From the human T2T-CHM13v2.0 reference genome, Homo sapiens: DNA of 64,000 nt. The notes beneath the pieces are model-generated. The model did no database searches and was not told the origin of the DNA. It was given only the letters and a program-made list of their open reading frames with translations. Positions 1-14,250 of the stretch are shown here, piece by piece (the first letter of the stretch is position 1; each line of letters begins with the position of its first letter). The translations under genes and the position numbers were made by a program. The stretch lies in NCBI RefSeq assembly GCF_009914755.1, contig NC_060928.1. The stretch is one strand, 5' to 3'.

Positions 1-390
1 ATGTGGCACATCTACACCATGGAATACTATCCAGCCATAAAAAAAGGATGAGTTCATGTCCTTTTCAGGGACATGGATGAAGCTGGAAACCATCATTCTC
101 AGCAAACCATCGCAAGGACAAAAAACCAAACACCGCATGTTCTCACTCATATGTGGGAGTTGAACAATGAGAACACATGGACACAGGGAGGGGAACATCA
201 CACACCAGGGCCTATGGAGGGGTGGAGGGCTAGGAGAGGGATAGCATTAGGAGGAATACCTAATGTAGATGACAGGTTTTGGGTGCAGCAAACCACCATG
301 GCATGTGGATACCTATGTAACAAACCTGCACGTCCTGCACATGTATCCCAGAACTTAATGTATATATAAATAAATAAATAAAAAGAAAAT
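1..390 (+). mobile_element. LINE-1 3' end (L1PA7/8-like): end of ORF2, 3'UTR and A-rich tail; continues off the left edge
   Basis: Contains 'ggaatactat...gctggaaaccatcattctcagcaaac...gggtgcagcaaaccaccatggca...cagaacttaa' followed by a (TAAA)/A tail at ~367-390. Confidence 0.92.
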
Positions 391-439
391 AGAAGGGACA
401 ATAAATACTCCGCACATAGTCTTACAAGTTAGTCATAGA

Positions 440-1355
440 ATCATTGATCATCAGACAAATGCAAATCAAAACTATAAGGAGATATCATCTCACCCCAATT
501 AAAATGTCTTTTATCCAAAAGATAGGGACCAATGAACACAAACAAGGTTGTGGAAAAAAGGAAATCCTCTTACCCTGCTGGTGGGAATGTAAATAAGTTC
601 AGCCACCCTGGAGAACAGTATGGAGGTTCCTCAAACAACCAAAAACAGAACTACCATATTTTCCAGCAATCCCACTGGTAGATATATACCGAAAAGAAAG
701 GGCATCAGTATATCAAACAGGTATCTGTATTCCCATGTTTGTGAATAGTACTGCAGCACTATTCACAATAGCCAAGAGTTGGAAGCAACCTAAGTGTCCA
801 TCAGCAAACAAATGGGTAAAGAAAACGTAATGTAGTATATATAGACAGGAGTACTATTCAGCCTTAAAAAAGAATGAGATCCTATCATTTGCAACAACAT
901 GGATGGAACTGGAGGACATGTGTTAAGTGAAATAAGCCAAACTTCACATGTTCTTATTCCTATGTGTAAGCTAAAAATTAAAACGATTGAATTCATGGAG
1001 ACAAAGAGTAGAAGAATGGTTTATCAGAGGCTGGGAAGTGTGGCGGGTGGCGGGTGGGGAGAGAAGTGGGGATGATTAACTGGGACAAAAATATAGTTAG
1101 ATAGAATGAATAAGATCTAGTATTTGATAGCACAAAAGGGTGACCACAGTCAACAGTAATTTATTGTACTTTTAAAATAACTAAAAGAGTATAATTGGAA
1201 TGTTTGTAACACAAAGAAATAATAAATACTTGAGGTGATGGATACCCCATTTACCCTGATGTGATTATACACTGTATGCCTGTATCAAAATATCTCATGT
1301 ACCCCATAAATATATACATCTACTTATACCCATAAAAATTAAAATTTAAAAAAGA
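440..1355 (+). mobile_element. Older L1 (L1MA-type) 3' fragment
   Basis: Runs from 'aatgcaaatcaaaact...tatcatctcacccca' to the L1MA 3'UTR 'gatagaatgaataagatctagtatttgatagcac...catgtaccccataaatatatac...aaaaattaaaat'. Confidence 0.85.
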
Positions 1356-1440
1356 AGTGCATCCCAGAGAGGTCAGGTAAGCAGGGAGACACCAGTAGGT
1401 GCCATGGTTCTAGACAGACACTGTCATAAAAAGTTCACCT

Positions 1441-1743
1441 AGCCAGGCGCAGCGGCTGACGCCTGTAATCTGAGGACTTTGGGAGGCCAAGGTGGGCGGA
1501 TCATGAGGTCAAGAGATGGAAAGCATCCTGGCCAACATGATGAAACTCCATCTCTACTAAAAATACAAAAATTAGCTGGGCGTAGTGGTGTGCGCCTGTA
1601 GTTCCAGCTACTCAAGAGGCTGAGGCAGGAGAATTGCTTGAATCCCAGAGGTGGAGGTTGCAATGAGCCAAGATCACATACTGCACTCCAGCCTGGCAAC
1701 AGAGCAAGACTCCGTCTCAAGACAAAAAAAAAAAAAAAAAAAA
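1441..1743 (+). mobile_element. AluS (AluSc-like), full length
   Basis: Dimeric Alu with 'tcatgaggtcaagagat' and 'cctggcaacagag' Sc-type diagnostics; poly(A); TSD aaaaagttcacct at 1428-1440 and 1739-1751. Confidence 0.93.
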
Positions 1744-1971
1744 GTTCACCTGTGGCAAATGCATTAGGTATCTAGAGTCCTCAATCCCAATGACTGGACA
1801 GAAGACTATGTAAACATTAAATCTCAAGTATTGTCCATAAAGATTGAGACTATGGACTTTGCTATCTTCTTACAGTCTGTCTTGTGAGGGAAAGGAGTGT
1901 CTCCAAAGTACATATTTTATTCAGTAAATACCAGTGAAATATCACTAATTCCTCCATTGAGATCTCATTTC

Positions 1972-2264
1972 TTTTTTTTTTTTTAATTATACTTTAAGTT
2001 TTAGGGTACATGTGCACAACGTGCAGGTTTGTTACATATGTATACATGTGCCATGTTGGTGTGCTGCACCCATTAACTCGTCATTTAACATTAGGTATAT
2101 CTCCTAATGTTATCCCTCCCCCTTCCCCCCACCCCACAACAGGCCCCTGTGTGTGATGTTCCCCTTCCTGTGTCCATGTGTTCTCATTGTTCAATTCCCA
2201 CCTATAAGTGAGAACATGCGGTGTTTGGTTTTTTGTCCTTGCGATAGTTTGCTGAGAATGATGG
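1972..2264 (-). mobile_element. Heavily 5'-truncated L1PA4/5-like 3' end (~295 bp)
   Basis: Poly(T) then 'ttatactttaagttttagggtacatgtgcacaacgtgcagg'; TSD ttgagatctc at 1957-1966 and 2265-2274. Confidence 0.93.
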
Positions 2265-3140
2265 TTGAGATCTCTTCTAACATCCTCTGGGCTATTAATT
2301 TTATCAGTGAAACTCTTTTTTTAACATTCATTATGCTAATTAAAGCTCTTGTGTTGATCAAAGAAAAAGATACAGAAGTACGTCTAATGGTACATCTGTA
2401 TAGTGCTGGAGCTGGGCTTCTTGATTACAGCACTAGCTGACCCCACTTCAGATGTGGATTTCTGATTAGGGTAACTGATAATACTTACAGTGCAACCTAA
2501 ATTTACTAATGCAAACATACATTCAACCCTGTCTTAAAGTACAGATATCATAATTCAAATCCAATAGGCAACAGGATATGTGAATATGGTGCTCAGGGGA
2601 AAAAAATCTGAATTGGGAATCTTTTTAGGAGTTTTATGGTTGGCATATTTATTTCCACCCTTTTTCTTTTATAATTTTCCTCTTCATCCTTATTTTGTGA
2701 ACTATTTCATATGTATCTTTATTCTTCCCTATAAGTCAGTTTAAATTCTTTTTGGACAGTGGAATGTTTAAATAAATATCAGTAAATAAGACTTACCCCT
2801 CCATATCATTTGTTTTAAATTTCTGCTAAGAACTATTTTTTCTGCAACTAACTTTTAAATTTTTAGTTTTTATAAGTACATAATAAATGTCGTGGTGACA
2901 GCTAATAGGACAGTATAAGGTTCCATCAACTTTACAAAACAGTTGATATTAATGATTTTTGTGACTGCTTGCTAATAAGTTCTTATATATAAAACCTGTG
3001 TGTATAGAGAAATTGATCTTAAGAGTTGGACTTGCTGTCAATGTAACCTGATACCGGCATAAAGATATGTCTACCTTAAAATTTTTGGTGGTTACTATTA
3101 TCAACCCCCAAAAAATAGTGGTAAAATATCACTAATTTTA

Positions 3141-3265
3141 TGACCTAAGCCAGTTTGTTTTTGCATAACTGGTGTTGATCAAAGAAAAAGATACAGCCAA
3201 CTGTATCTTTTTCTTTGTATATACAGTTGGCTCACACTTATGCAAAAACAAACTGGCTTAGATCA
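3141..3265. repeat. Nested inverted-repeat cluster
   Basis: 28-bp arms at 3141-3168 and 3238-3265 (27/28 complementary) enclose a perfect 16-bp hairpin (3181-3196 / 3201-3216, loop ccaa). Confidence 0.95.
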
Positions 3266-3416
3266 GATCACAGCTTACAACTGGCATTACATAAAATGCA
3301 AAAAGCCAAAACTAAACTCCAGCCACCCCGGCCCCAGCATTGTATTCCTTCTGGGGTTTTTCCTTAATTAATTAATTTTCTAATTAATTTACCTTGTCAT
3401 CTCTGAAAGAAAAAAT

Positions 3417-3540
3417 TGTTCATAACAGTTGGTAAAGAACAGTAAGGCAGACTTCATTCAGGACCATCATGATAGATATAGGGACCACTGCAATGGGGTT
3501 TTGCAGTGAAGGGCAGAAACTGGGCTCAACTCCAAAGACA
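3417..3540. mobile_element. Probable LTR fragment (ERV-type, subfamily not assigned)
   Basis: 'ggtaaagaacagtaaggcagacttcattcaggaccatc...gggaccactgcaatggg...tgggctcaactcc' resembles a recalled human LTR terminus. Confidence 0.45.
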
Positions 3541-3561
3541 ACAGAGAAAACTGGAGACAGA

Positions 3562-3690
3562 GGAAGGAAGGAAGGAAGGAAAGAAGGAAGGAAGGAAGGA
3601 AGGAAGGAAGGAAGGAAGGAAGGAAGGAAGGAAGGAAGGAAGGAAGGAAGGGAGGGAGGGAGGGAGGGAAGAGAAGGGAAGGGAAGGGAA
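3562..3690. repeat. (GGAA)n microsatellite grading into (GGGA)n/(GGGAA)n
   Basis: 5 GGAA + AGAA + 16 uninterrupted GGAA (3586-3649), then GGGA units. Confidence 0.98.
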
Positions 3691-4019
3691 ATAGAGAGGG
3701 GAATAGTGGGAGAAAGGAAGAAAAGAGAGAAAGAAATACACATTATTATACACATTAAATACACATAATAATCTTCCAATGAAAGACTGCTATAAAACAC
3801 AGATCTATAAATTCTGCTTCTGTATTTTCTATATAACTGTTTTTTAGCTGTAGCGAAAGTAAAGAGTGAGAGAGTCAGAGCTCTTCCTTCTTCTCCCCAA
3901 TCCCCAATTTCCTGGCATTGCCTGACACTAGGCAAACCCAGCCTGAAGCTCACAGACTCAGGAGGCTGGGAGCCATAGCCTGCAACAGGGTTCAAAACAG
4001 GGAAAGTACAAGAAATACA

Positions 4020-4700
4020 TCTGAGGGCAAGCAGTTCCAGATATGCTAGAGGAGAAGACAAATATTAATCAAAACCTTGCAAATATATTATTACAGCTTG
4101 TTCTAAGTTCTGGGAAGAAGGAAATGTATTTACAGACCCTGTAATAGGAGGCCCCATATCGTCTCGAGAGTCAGGGAAGTCTTCCTTAAGTGAGAGATGA
4201 TTCAATGGCTCCTGAAGTATGAAGCATATATTGACTAGGTGATGAGGTGATTAGGTAATACCTAATACTAGGTATTAGAGATGGAGAGCAATGCACATGC
4301 AAAGACAGCAAGAGGATCACGGAGTTTTCAAATAACTTAGAAAGTCAGTACAGCCAGAATGCAGAGTACTCTGTGGATAGTGATGCAAGATGCAACCAGA
4401 GATGTGGACACAGAGAGCCTTGCAGCCCATGGGTTAAGGGTTTATTCTATATGCAACAGAAAGTCACTTACGAGTTTTAAGCAGGGCAGGAAAGACATCA
4501 TCAATGTCTTGAGAACACTCCCAATGCTACAGAACAGTTTGAGCTGGGGCACATGTGGGTCTGGAAAGTCAAATGTAGCTGCCCTGGTGAGAAATAGAGT
4601 TGGCTTGATCTGGAGTGGGTAATGATGATGGAGAGAAGTTGACCTACTCTGTGTGATGAAGAACTGTGAAACCAATGTGTTGTTAACTGGGTCATTTACA
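4020..4700 (-). mobile_element. LINE-2 relic
   Basis: L2-like stretches 'agtcagggaagtcttcct', 'gcacatgcaaagac', 'gagttttaagcaggg'; highly diverged, boundaries approximate. Confidence 0.6.
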
Positions 4701-5001
4701 TGGAGAAGTTGCCTCGAATGGGAGCAGATCTAAACAGAAGAGGAAGACTGTGTGTCAGGGATCAGAAATGAATGTGAAGATCTGACCAGGTCAGAGAAAA
4801 ATAGTGGATGACAGTGACAAGAAGGTTAAAGGTCCACAGAGGGAGTTGCTGTGGAAGAATGAACCAATGGGGACAAAGTGCAGTAAGGTAGGCACGTAGA
4901 GGTGGCTTAAATACCAGATGAGCAAATGAGACAGGAGTGGGAGGTGAGGTGGAATTCAGTGACCTCAAAGGTCACAATGTAACTCTGGCTACAGTGGATA
5001 C

Positions 5002-5438
5002 TGTGATGTACCACCTCAGTAAGCCTTCAGGATTGAGGAGTTTATTCCCCCAACTGGTGGGAGTGCTGCTGACATTCTGTCCTCAGCTGCCAGCCTTCTT
5101 CCGGAACCACCTTGCATATAGACAGTCTTCTGCTCCCAGGGTCACACTGGCTTCCTGGGGAAGCCCACAGCCACTGACTGGTTGATGCAGGAATATAAAG
5201 GCCTCCACCTCTAGCCCCAAGTCAGAACAACTCCAAAGAGCCATACCAGCTTTAGACTCCCATATGGCTACCTGATGCCTTTGTTAAAACGACATCACAG
5301 CCCAACAACTCCCTTCATCCGATCTGCTTCTTCCCTTTCTTGGGTAATATTCTCAAGAACAGTCCCTAATGCTAATCTCAGAACAGTTCCTGCATGGTAA
5401 TCTCAGAGGCTGCTTCCAAGGGAACTCAACCTGTGACA
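5002..5438 (+). mobile_element. ERVL LTR16-like solo LTR
   Basis: TG...CA ends; 'cagccactgactggttgatgc', TATA-like 'aatataaa', terminal 'aatctcagaggctgcttccaagggaactcaacctgtgaca'. Confidence 0.75.
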
Positions 5439-5544
5439 CTAACATGTAATTCTTTCGGAATAGACTGAGACCCCAGAAGTCTCCCTGAGACCCAATGTGT
5501 TCACCACCTTTGGACTTTGTTCAAGGTTCCAGATAGAAAATGAA

Positions 5545-5745
5545 AATAATCACAAATATTTACCTAGTAATTACATGTGCCAAACAATGTACATAATGTT
5601 AACTAATTTAATCTTTACAACTTTATTTCACAGATAAGTAAACTGAGGCACAGAGAGATTAAGAAACTTGATCAAGGTCACACAACTAGAATATAGTGGT
5701 ATCAGCGTACAAACCCAGGCAGTTTCTGGTACAGGCAGCCCTTCT
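5545..5745 (-). mobile_element. MIR SINE
   Basis: MIR core 'cacagataagtaaactgaggcacagagagattaagaaacttgatcaaggtcacacaactag'. Confidence 0.85.
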
Positions 5746-6081
5746 TCTAATCTCTTCCCTACACTACCCCTTGTACAGTTGAGCTTGGTGAATGGTTGCT
5801 TTCACATGTTGTTAAATGTCCAGTCCCAGTTAGATACCCATGCTCTCTTTGTGAAACCATATTATTGGAAGCAAATTATAATATGTTTCCCATAAATAGA
5901 TCCCTCTTTCTTATTGTGTTCAATTTATGCTACCAATACTACTTTGCACTAATTAGAGACACTGACTAGAAGCTGGTGAAACAGACAGGCCTAGAACAAA
6001 ACATCTGTTGACCCTAAAGAAAGGGTAGTATCCAAGCAGATCATCAAGAAGCAAATTTGCAGAAACGTTAAAACTATTCTT

Positions 6082-6174
6082 GTGCTCACTTTGGCAGCAC
6101 ATATACTAAAATTGGAATGACACAAAGAAGATTAGCATGGCACCTGCACAAGGACGACTCTGTTAAAAAAAAAA
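6082..6174 (+). pseudogene. U6 snRNA retropseudogene, 3'-truncated (~U6 nt 1-77) with A tail
   Basis: 'gtgctcactttggcagcacatatactaaaattggaatgacacaaagaagattagcatggcacctgcacaaggacgac' matches the U6 5' part with substitutions, including the ACAGAGA box mutated to ACAAAGA; A10 at 6165-6174. Confidence 0.93.
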
Positions 6175-7206
6175 TGTTAACCTTCTGATTGTAATAAGTA
6201 ACAGGTAAAAGTGCATCATTTGTCAAACTCATGGCTAGAAGATATGGGTCACAGATAACACATTCTAAAGGCCAAGCAATCATGCAATTACCATGAGTTG
6301 ACTATTTCTTAAATTTCCTTCCTAGAAAAATAAAAATTTGACACAGTTCAATAAAAAAGAAACTAGTATGTCAAAAACAAAATAGTAAAGCAAACCTACT
6401 AGGAAACTCTAATTGGCTTCATCTTTCAGGGTCAGCTTCTTTTTGTGGCCAGGACAGGGTCCTAAACACATTCTTGGTTGTGTTTCTTATTCATTTAATT
6501 AAGTGAAAAATAAGTTCTCTTTTACACGTGTTTTCTTTTTCAGCCTCTATAGTGTGAAATAAACATGAAGCTGTCAAATAGAATAAACTGAGACAGGCTA
6601 AACTAATTTGCCACTGATGATAGTCATTATAAACAATCTGAATGCTGTTCCACCTCACTGGGATTTAAATAATCTGTCAAAGAGCTCTATATTCTAAAAT
6701 CTGCATATGAAATCAGGGAACATGAGGAAGAAATGAGAATAGTTAGTTAAATCAACAGAAATATCCTCATTCCTGACACGAAAATAGAAGAGTTTAATTT
6801 CTTTAAGAAGGGATTAATTTTTTTAAGCCCTTCTCTCTCTCATTCAAATGCCACCCCATGCAAACAATTATTGTTACTCCATTCCTTCCTCAATATTTAG
6901 GAATATTGCTCAGTGTTGTTAGAAAATTTGGTCTTTTTGGACTCTAGCCACGATGGCCAAATAGGAACAGCTCCAGTTTACAGCTCCCAGCGTGAGCGAC
7001 ACAGAAGACGAATAATTTCTGCATTTCCAACTGAGGTACCAGGTTCATCTCACTGGGTATTGTCGAAAAGGGGGTGCAGGACAGTAGGTGCAGCACACTG
7101 AGCATGAGCCCAAGCAGGGTGAGGCATCCCTCACCCGGGAAGCACAAGGGGTCAGGGAATTCCCTTTCCTAGCCAAGGAAAGGGGTGACAGACGGCACCT
7201 GGAAAA

Positions 7207-7389
7207 TCAGGTCACTCCCACCCTAACACTGCGCATTTCTGACTGTCTTAGCAAACAGCACACCAGGAGATTATATACCGCACATGGCTCAGACGGTCCT
7301 ATGTCCACGGAGCCTTGCTCACTGCTAGCACAGCAGTCTGAGATCAAACTGCAAGGTGGCAGCGAGGCTGGGAGAGGGGAGCCCGCCAT
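7207..7389 (-). pseudogene. L1 ORF0 homologue (antisense), truncated at 60 aa
   Basis: MAGSPLPASLPPCSLISDCCAS...RVGVT matches the primate L1 ORF0 N-terminus; a stop replaces the Arg of the canonical 71-aa ORF0. Confidence 0.85.
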
Positions 7390-7965
7390 TGCTGAGGCTT
7401 AAATAGATAAACAAAGCAGCCAGGAAGCTTGAACTGGGTGGATCCCACCACAGCTCAAGGAGGCCTGCCTGCCTCTGTAGACTCCACCTCTGGGGGCAGG
7501 GCATTGCCAAACAAAATGCAGCAGAAACCTCTGCAGACTTAAATGTCCCTGTCTGACAGCTTGGGAGACAGTAGTGGTTCTCCCAGCACCCAGCTGGAGA
7601 TCTGAGAATGGACAGACTGCCTCCTCAAGTGGGTCCCTGACCCCCAAGTAGCCTAACTGGGGAGGCACCCCCCAGTAGGGGCAGACTGACACCTTACACA
7701 GCCGGGTACTCCTCTGAGACAAAACTTCCAGAGGAACAATCAGGCAGCAACATTTGCTGTTCACCAATATTCGATGTTGTGCAGCCTCCTCTGCTGATAC
7801 CCAGGCAAACAGGGTCTGGAGTGGACCTCCAGCAAACTCCAACAGACCTGCAGCTGAGGGTCCTGACTGTTAGAAGGAAAATGAACAAACAGAAAGGACA
7901 TCCACACCAAAACCCCATCTGTACATCACCATCATCAAAGACCAAAGGTAGATAAAACCACAAAG

Positions 7966-8982
7966 ATGGGGAAAAAACAGAGCAGAAAAACTGAAAATTC
8001 TAAAAATCAGAGTGCCTCTCCTCCTCCAAAGGAACGCAGCTCCTCACCAGCAACAGAACAAAGCTGGACAAAGAATGACTTTGATGAGTTGAGAGAAGAA
8101 GGCTTCAGACAATCAAACTTCTCTGAGCTGAAGGTGGAAGTTCGAACCCATGGCAAAGAAGTTGAAAACCTTGAAAAAAGATTAGACAAATGGCCAACTA
8201 GAATAACCAATGCAGAGACGTCCTTAAAGGACCTGATGGAGCTGAAAACCATGGCACTGGAACTACGTGACGAATGCACAAGCCTCAGTAGCCGATTAGA
8301 TCAACTGGAAAAAAGGGTATCAGTGTTGGAAGATCAAATGAATGAAATGAAGTGAGAAGAGAAGTTTAGAGAAAAAAGAATAAAAAGAAACAAACAAAGC
8401 CTCCAAGAAATATGGGACTATGTGAAAAGACCAAATCTACGTCTGATTGGTGTACCTGAACGTGATGGGGAGAATGGAAACAACTTGGAAAACACTCTGC
8501 AGAATATTACCCCAGAGAATTTCCCCAATCTAACAAGGCAGGCCAACATTCAAATTCAGGAAATACAGAGAATGCCACAAAGATACTCCTTGAGAAGAGC
8601 AACTCCAAGACACATAATTGTCAGATTCACCAAAGTTGAAATGAAGGAAAAAATGTTAAGGGCAGCCAGAGAGAAAGGTCGGCTTACACACAAAGGGAAG
8701 CCCATCAGACTAACAGTGGATCTCTCAGCAGAAACTCTACAAGCCAGAAGAGAGTGGGGGCCAATATTCAACATTCTTAAGGAAAAGAATTTTCAATCCA
8801 GAATTTCGTATCCAGCCAAACTAAGCTTCATAAGTGAAGGAGAAATAAAATCCTTTACAGACAAGCAAATGCTGAGAGATTTTGTCGCCACCACGACTGC
8901 CCTAAAAGAGCTCCTGAAGGAAGCACTAAACATGGAAAGGAACAACTGGTACCAGCCACTGCAAAAACACGCCAAATTGTAA
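7966..8982 (+). pseudogene. L1 ORF1p (RNA-binding chaperone), 338-codon frame with a single premature stop
   Basis: MGKKQSRKTENSK...; TGA at 8353-8355; the frame continues without shift to ...LQKHAKL*. Confidence 0.95.
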
Positions 8983-9030
8983 AGACCATTGAGGCTAGGA
9001 AGAAACTGCATCAACTAACAAGCAAAATAA

Positions 9031-12872
<3,842 letters not shown>

Positions 12873-13083
12873 ACAATGAGAACACATGGACACAGGAAGG
12901 GGAACATCACACACCGGGGCCTGTTGTGGGGTGGGGGGAGGGGGGAGGGATAGCATTAGGAGATGTACCTAATGTTAAATGACAAGTTAATGGGTGCAGC
13001 ACACCAACATGGCACATGTATACATATGTAACAAACCTGCACGTTGTGCACATGCACCCTAAAACTTAAAGTATAATAAAAAA

Positions 13084-13122
<39 letters not shown>

Positions 13123-13834
13123 GTAAATAAAAGTTTTAAAAAAAAAGAAGGAAAATTTGGTCTTTTTAGAGCCAGCTACAGGCAAAATTATTAAACAAGA
13201 TGAGTTTATCTTTCAATTAAAAAAGTAGAGTACCCGGTGCTAATTAAGACGTGGTTAAATGTACAGTTTCAGAAAGTCCTGGGGAGAACTTTAAATTCTC
13301 TTAAAAATAAAATTCTAATTATATTCTATTTCTGAGAATATATTCTAGTGTAATCATCCTAAAGATGGAAAAAAACTTCATACACAAAGATGTTCACTAT
13401 GGTACGATTATTTATAACAAGAAAATATGAAAATAAAGCAAGTATCCAGCCATATGGAAATGGTTAAATAAAATACGATACAGTTCATGTTATTTCCCTG
13501 TGTGCTCCATCATATTTTATTGAGCTGTTTTAAATGTCAAGAGTTTTAATAACATTTGAAAATGCATATGTTATCAGGTTAAGTGAAAAGTAGCAGGTTA
13601 TGAAATTATATACATAACATGTTCTCAATTATGTTAAAACATGCAAAAATATGGTAAAAGGCAAATAGTAGTCAAGATAATTTTAAAGAAGTTAGAGGAG
13701 GAGGGGAATTTTACTGTTCTAGATATCGAGGCTTAATGTTAAGTTGTAATTATTAAAACTATGAATATTAGGGCAGAAATAGACAAACAGATCAATGGAA
13801 GAGAACAGACACTTTATTTATTCATTTTGTTTGA

Positions 13835-14130
13835 TTTTATTATTATTATTATTATTTTGAGACAGAGTCTCACTCTGTCACCCAAGCTGCAGTGCAGTGA
13901 CATGATTTCAGCTCATTGCAGCCTCAAAGTCCCAGGCTCAAGTGATCCTCAGCTCCCAAGTAGCTGGGACTACAGATGCACACCACCACACCAGCCTATT
14001 TTTGTATTTTTCGTAGAGACAGGGTTTCACCATGTTGCTCAGGCTGGTCTCGAACTCCTAAGCTCAAGCAATCTGCCCACCTCAGCCTCCCAAAGTGCTG
14101 GGATTACAGTCGTTAGCCACTGCACCCAGC
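13835..14130 (-). mobile_element. AluJ with (TTA)n tail
   Basis: Reverse Alu with J-type 'ctcattgcagcctcaa...ggctcaagtgatcc' and 'ctcaagcaatctgccc'. Confidence 0.9.
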
Positions 14131-14156
14131 AACACAAATTATATATGATATAATTT

Positions 14157-14250
14157 ATGTATATACACACAAACACACACATATACACATATACACATGT
14201 ATATACATATATATACACACACATGCATACATGCACACACTCACATATAA
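14157..14250. repeat. Low-complexity (CA)/(TA) repeat
   Basis: Seen directly: 'atatacacacaaacacacacatatacacat...'. Confidence 0.9.

Noticed and set aside
1392-1405. CTCF-like CCAGTAGGTGCCAT
   Set aside because: Two mismatches, including in the conserved GGC.
3420-4061. 213-aa minus-strand ORF and overlapping plus-strand ORFs
   Set aside because: The frames stay open because they cross the GGAA microsatellite (PSFL/EGRK repeats); no protein-like content.
12927-12949. G-quadruplex-forming G tracts
   Set aside because: Standard feature of the L1PA 3'UTR; not specific to this locus.
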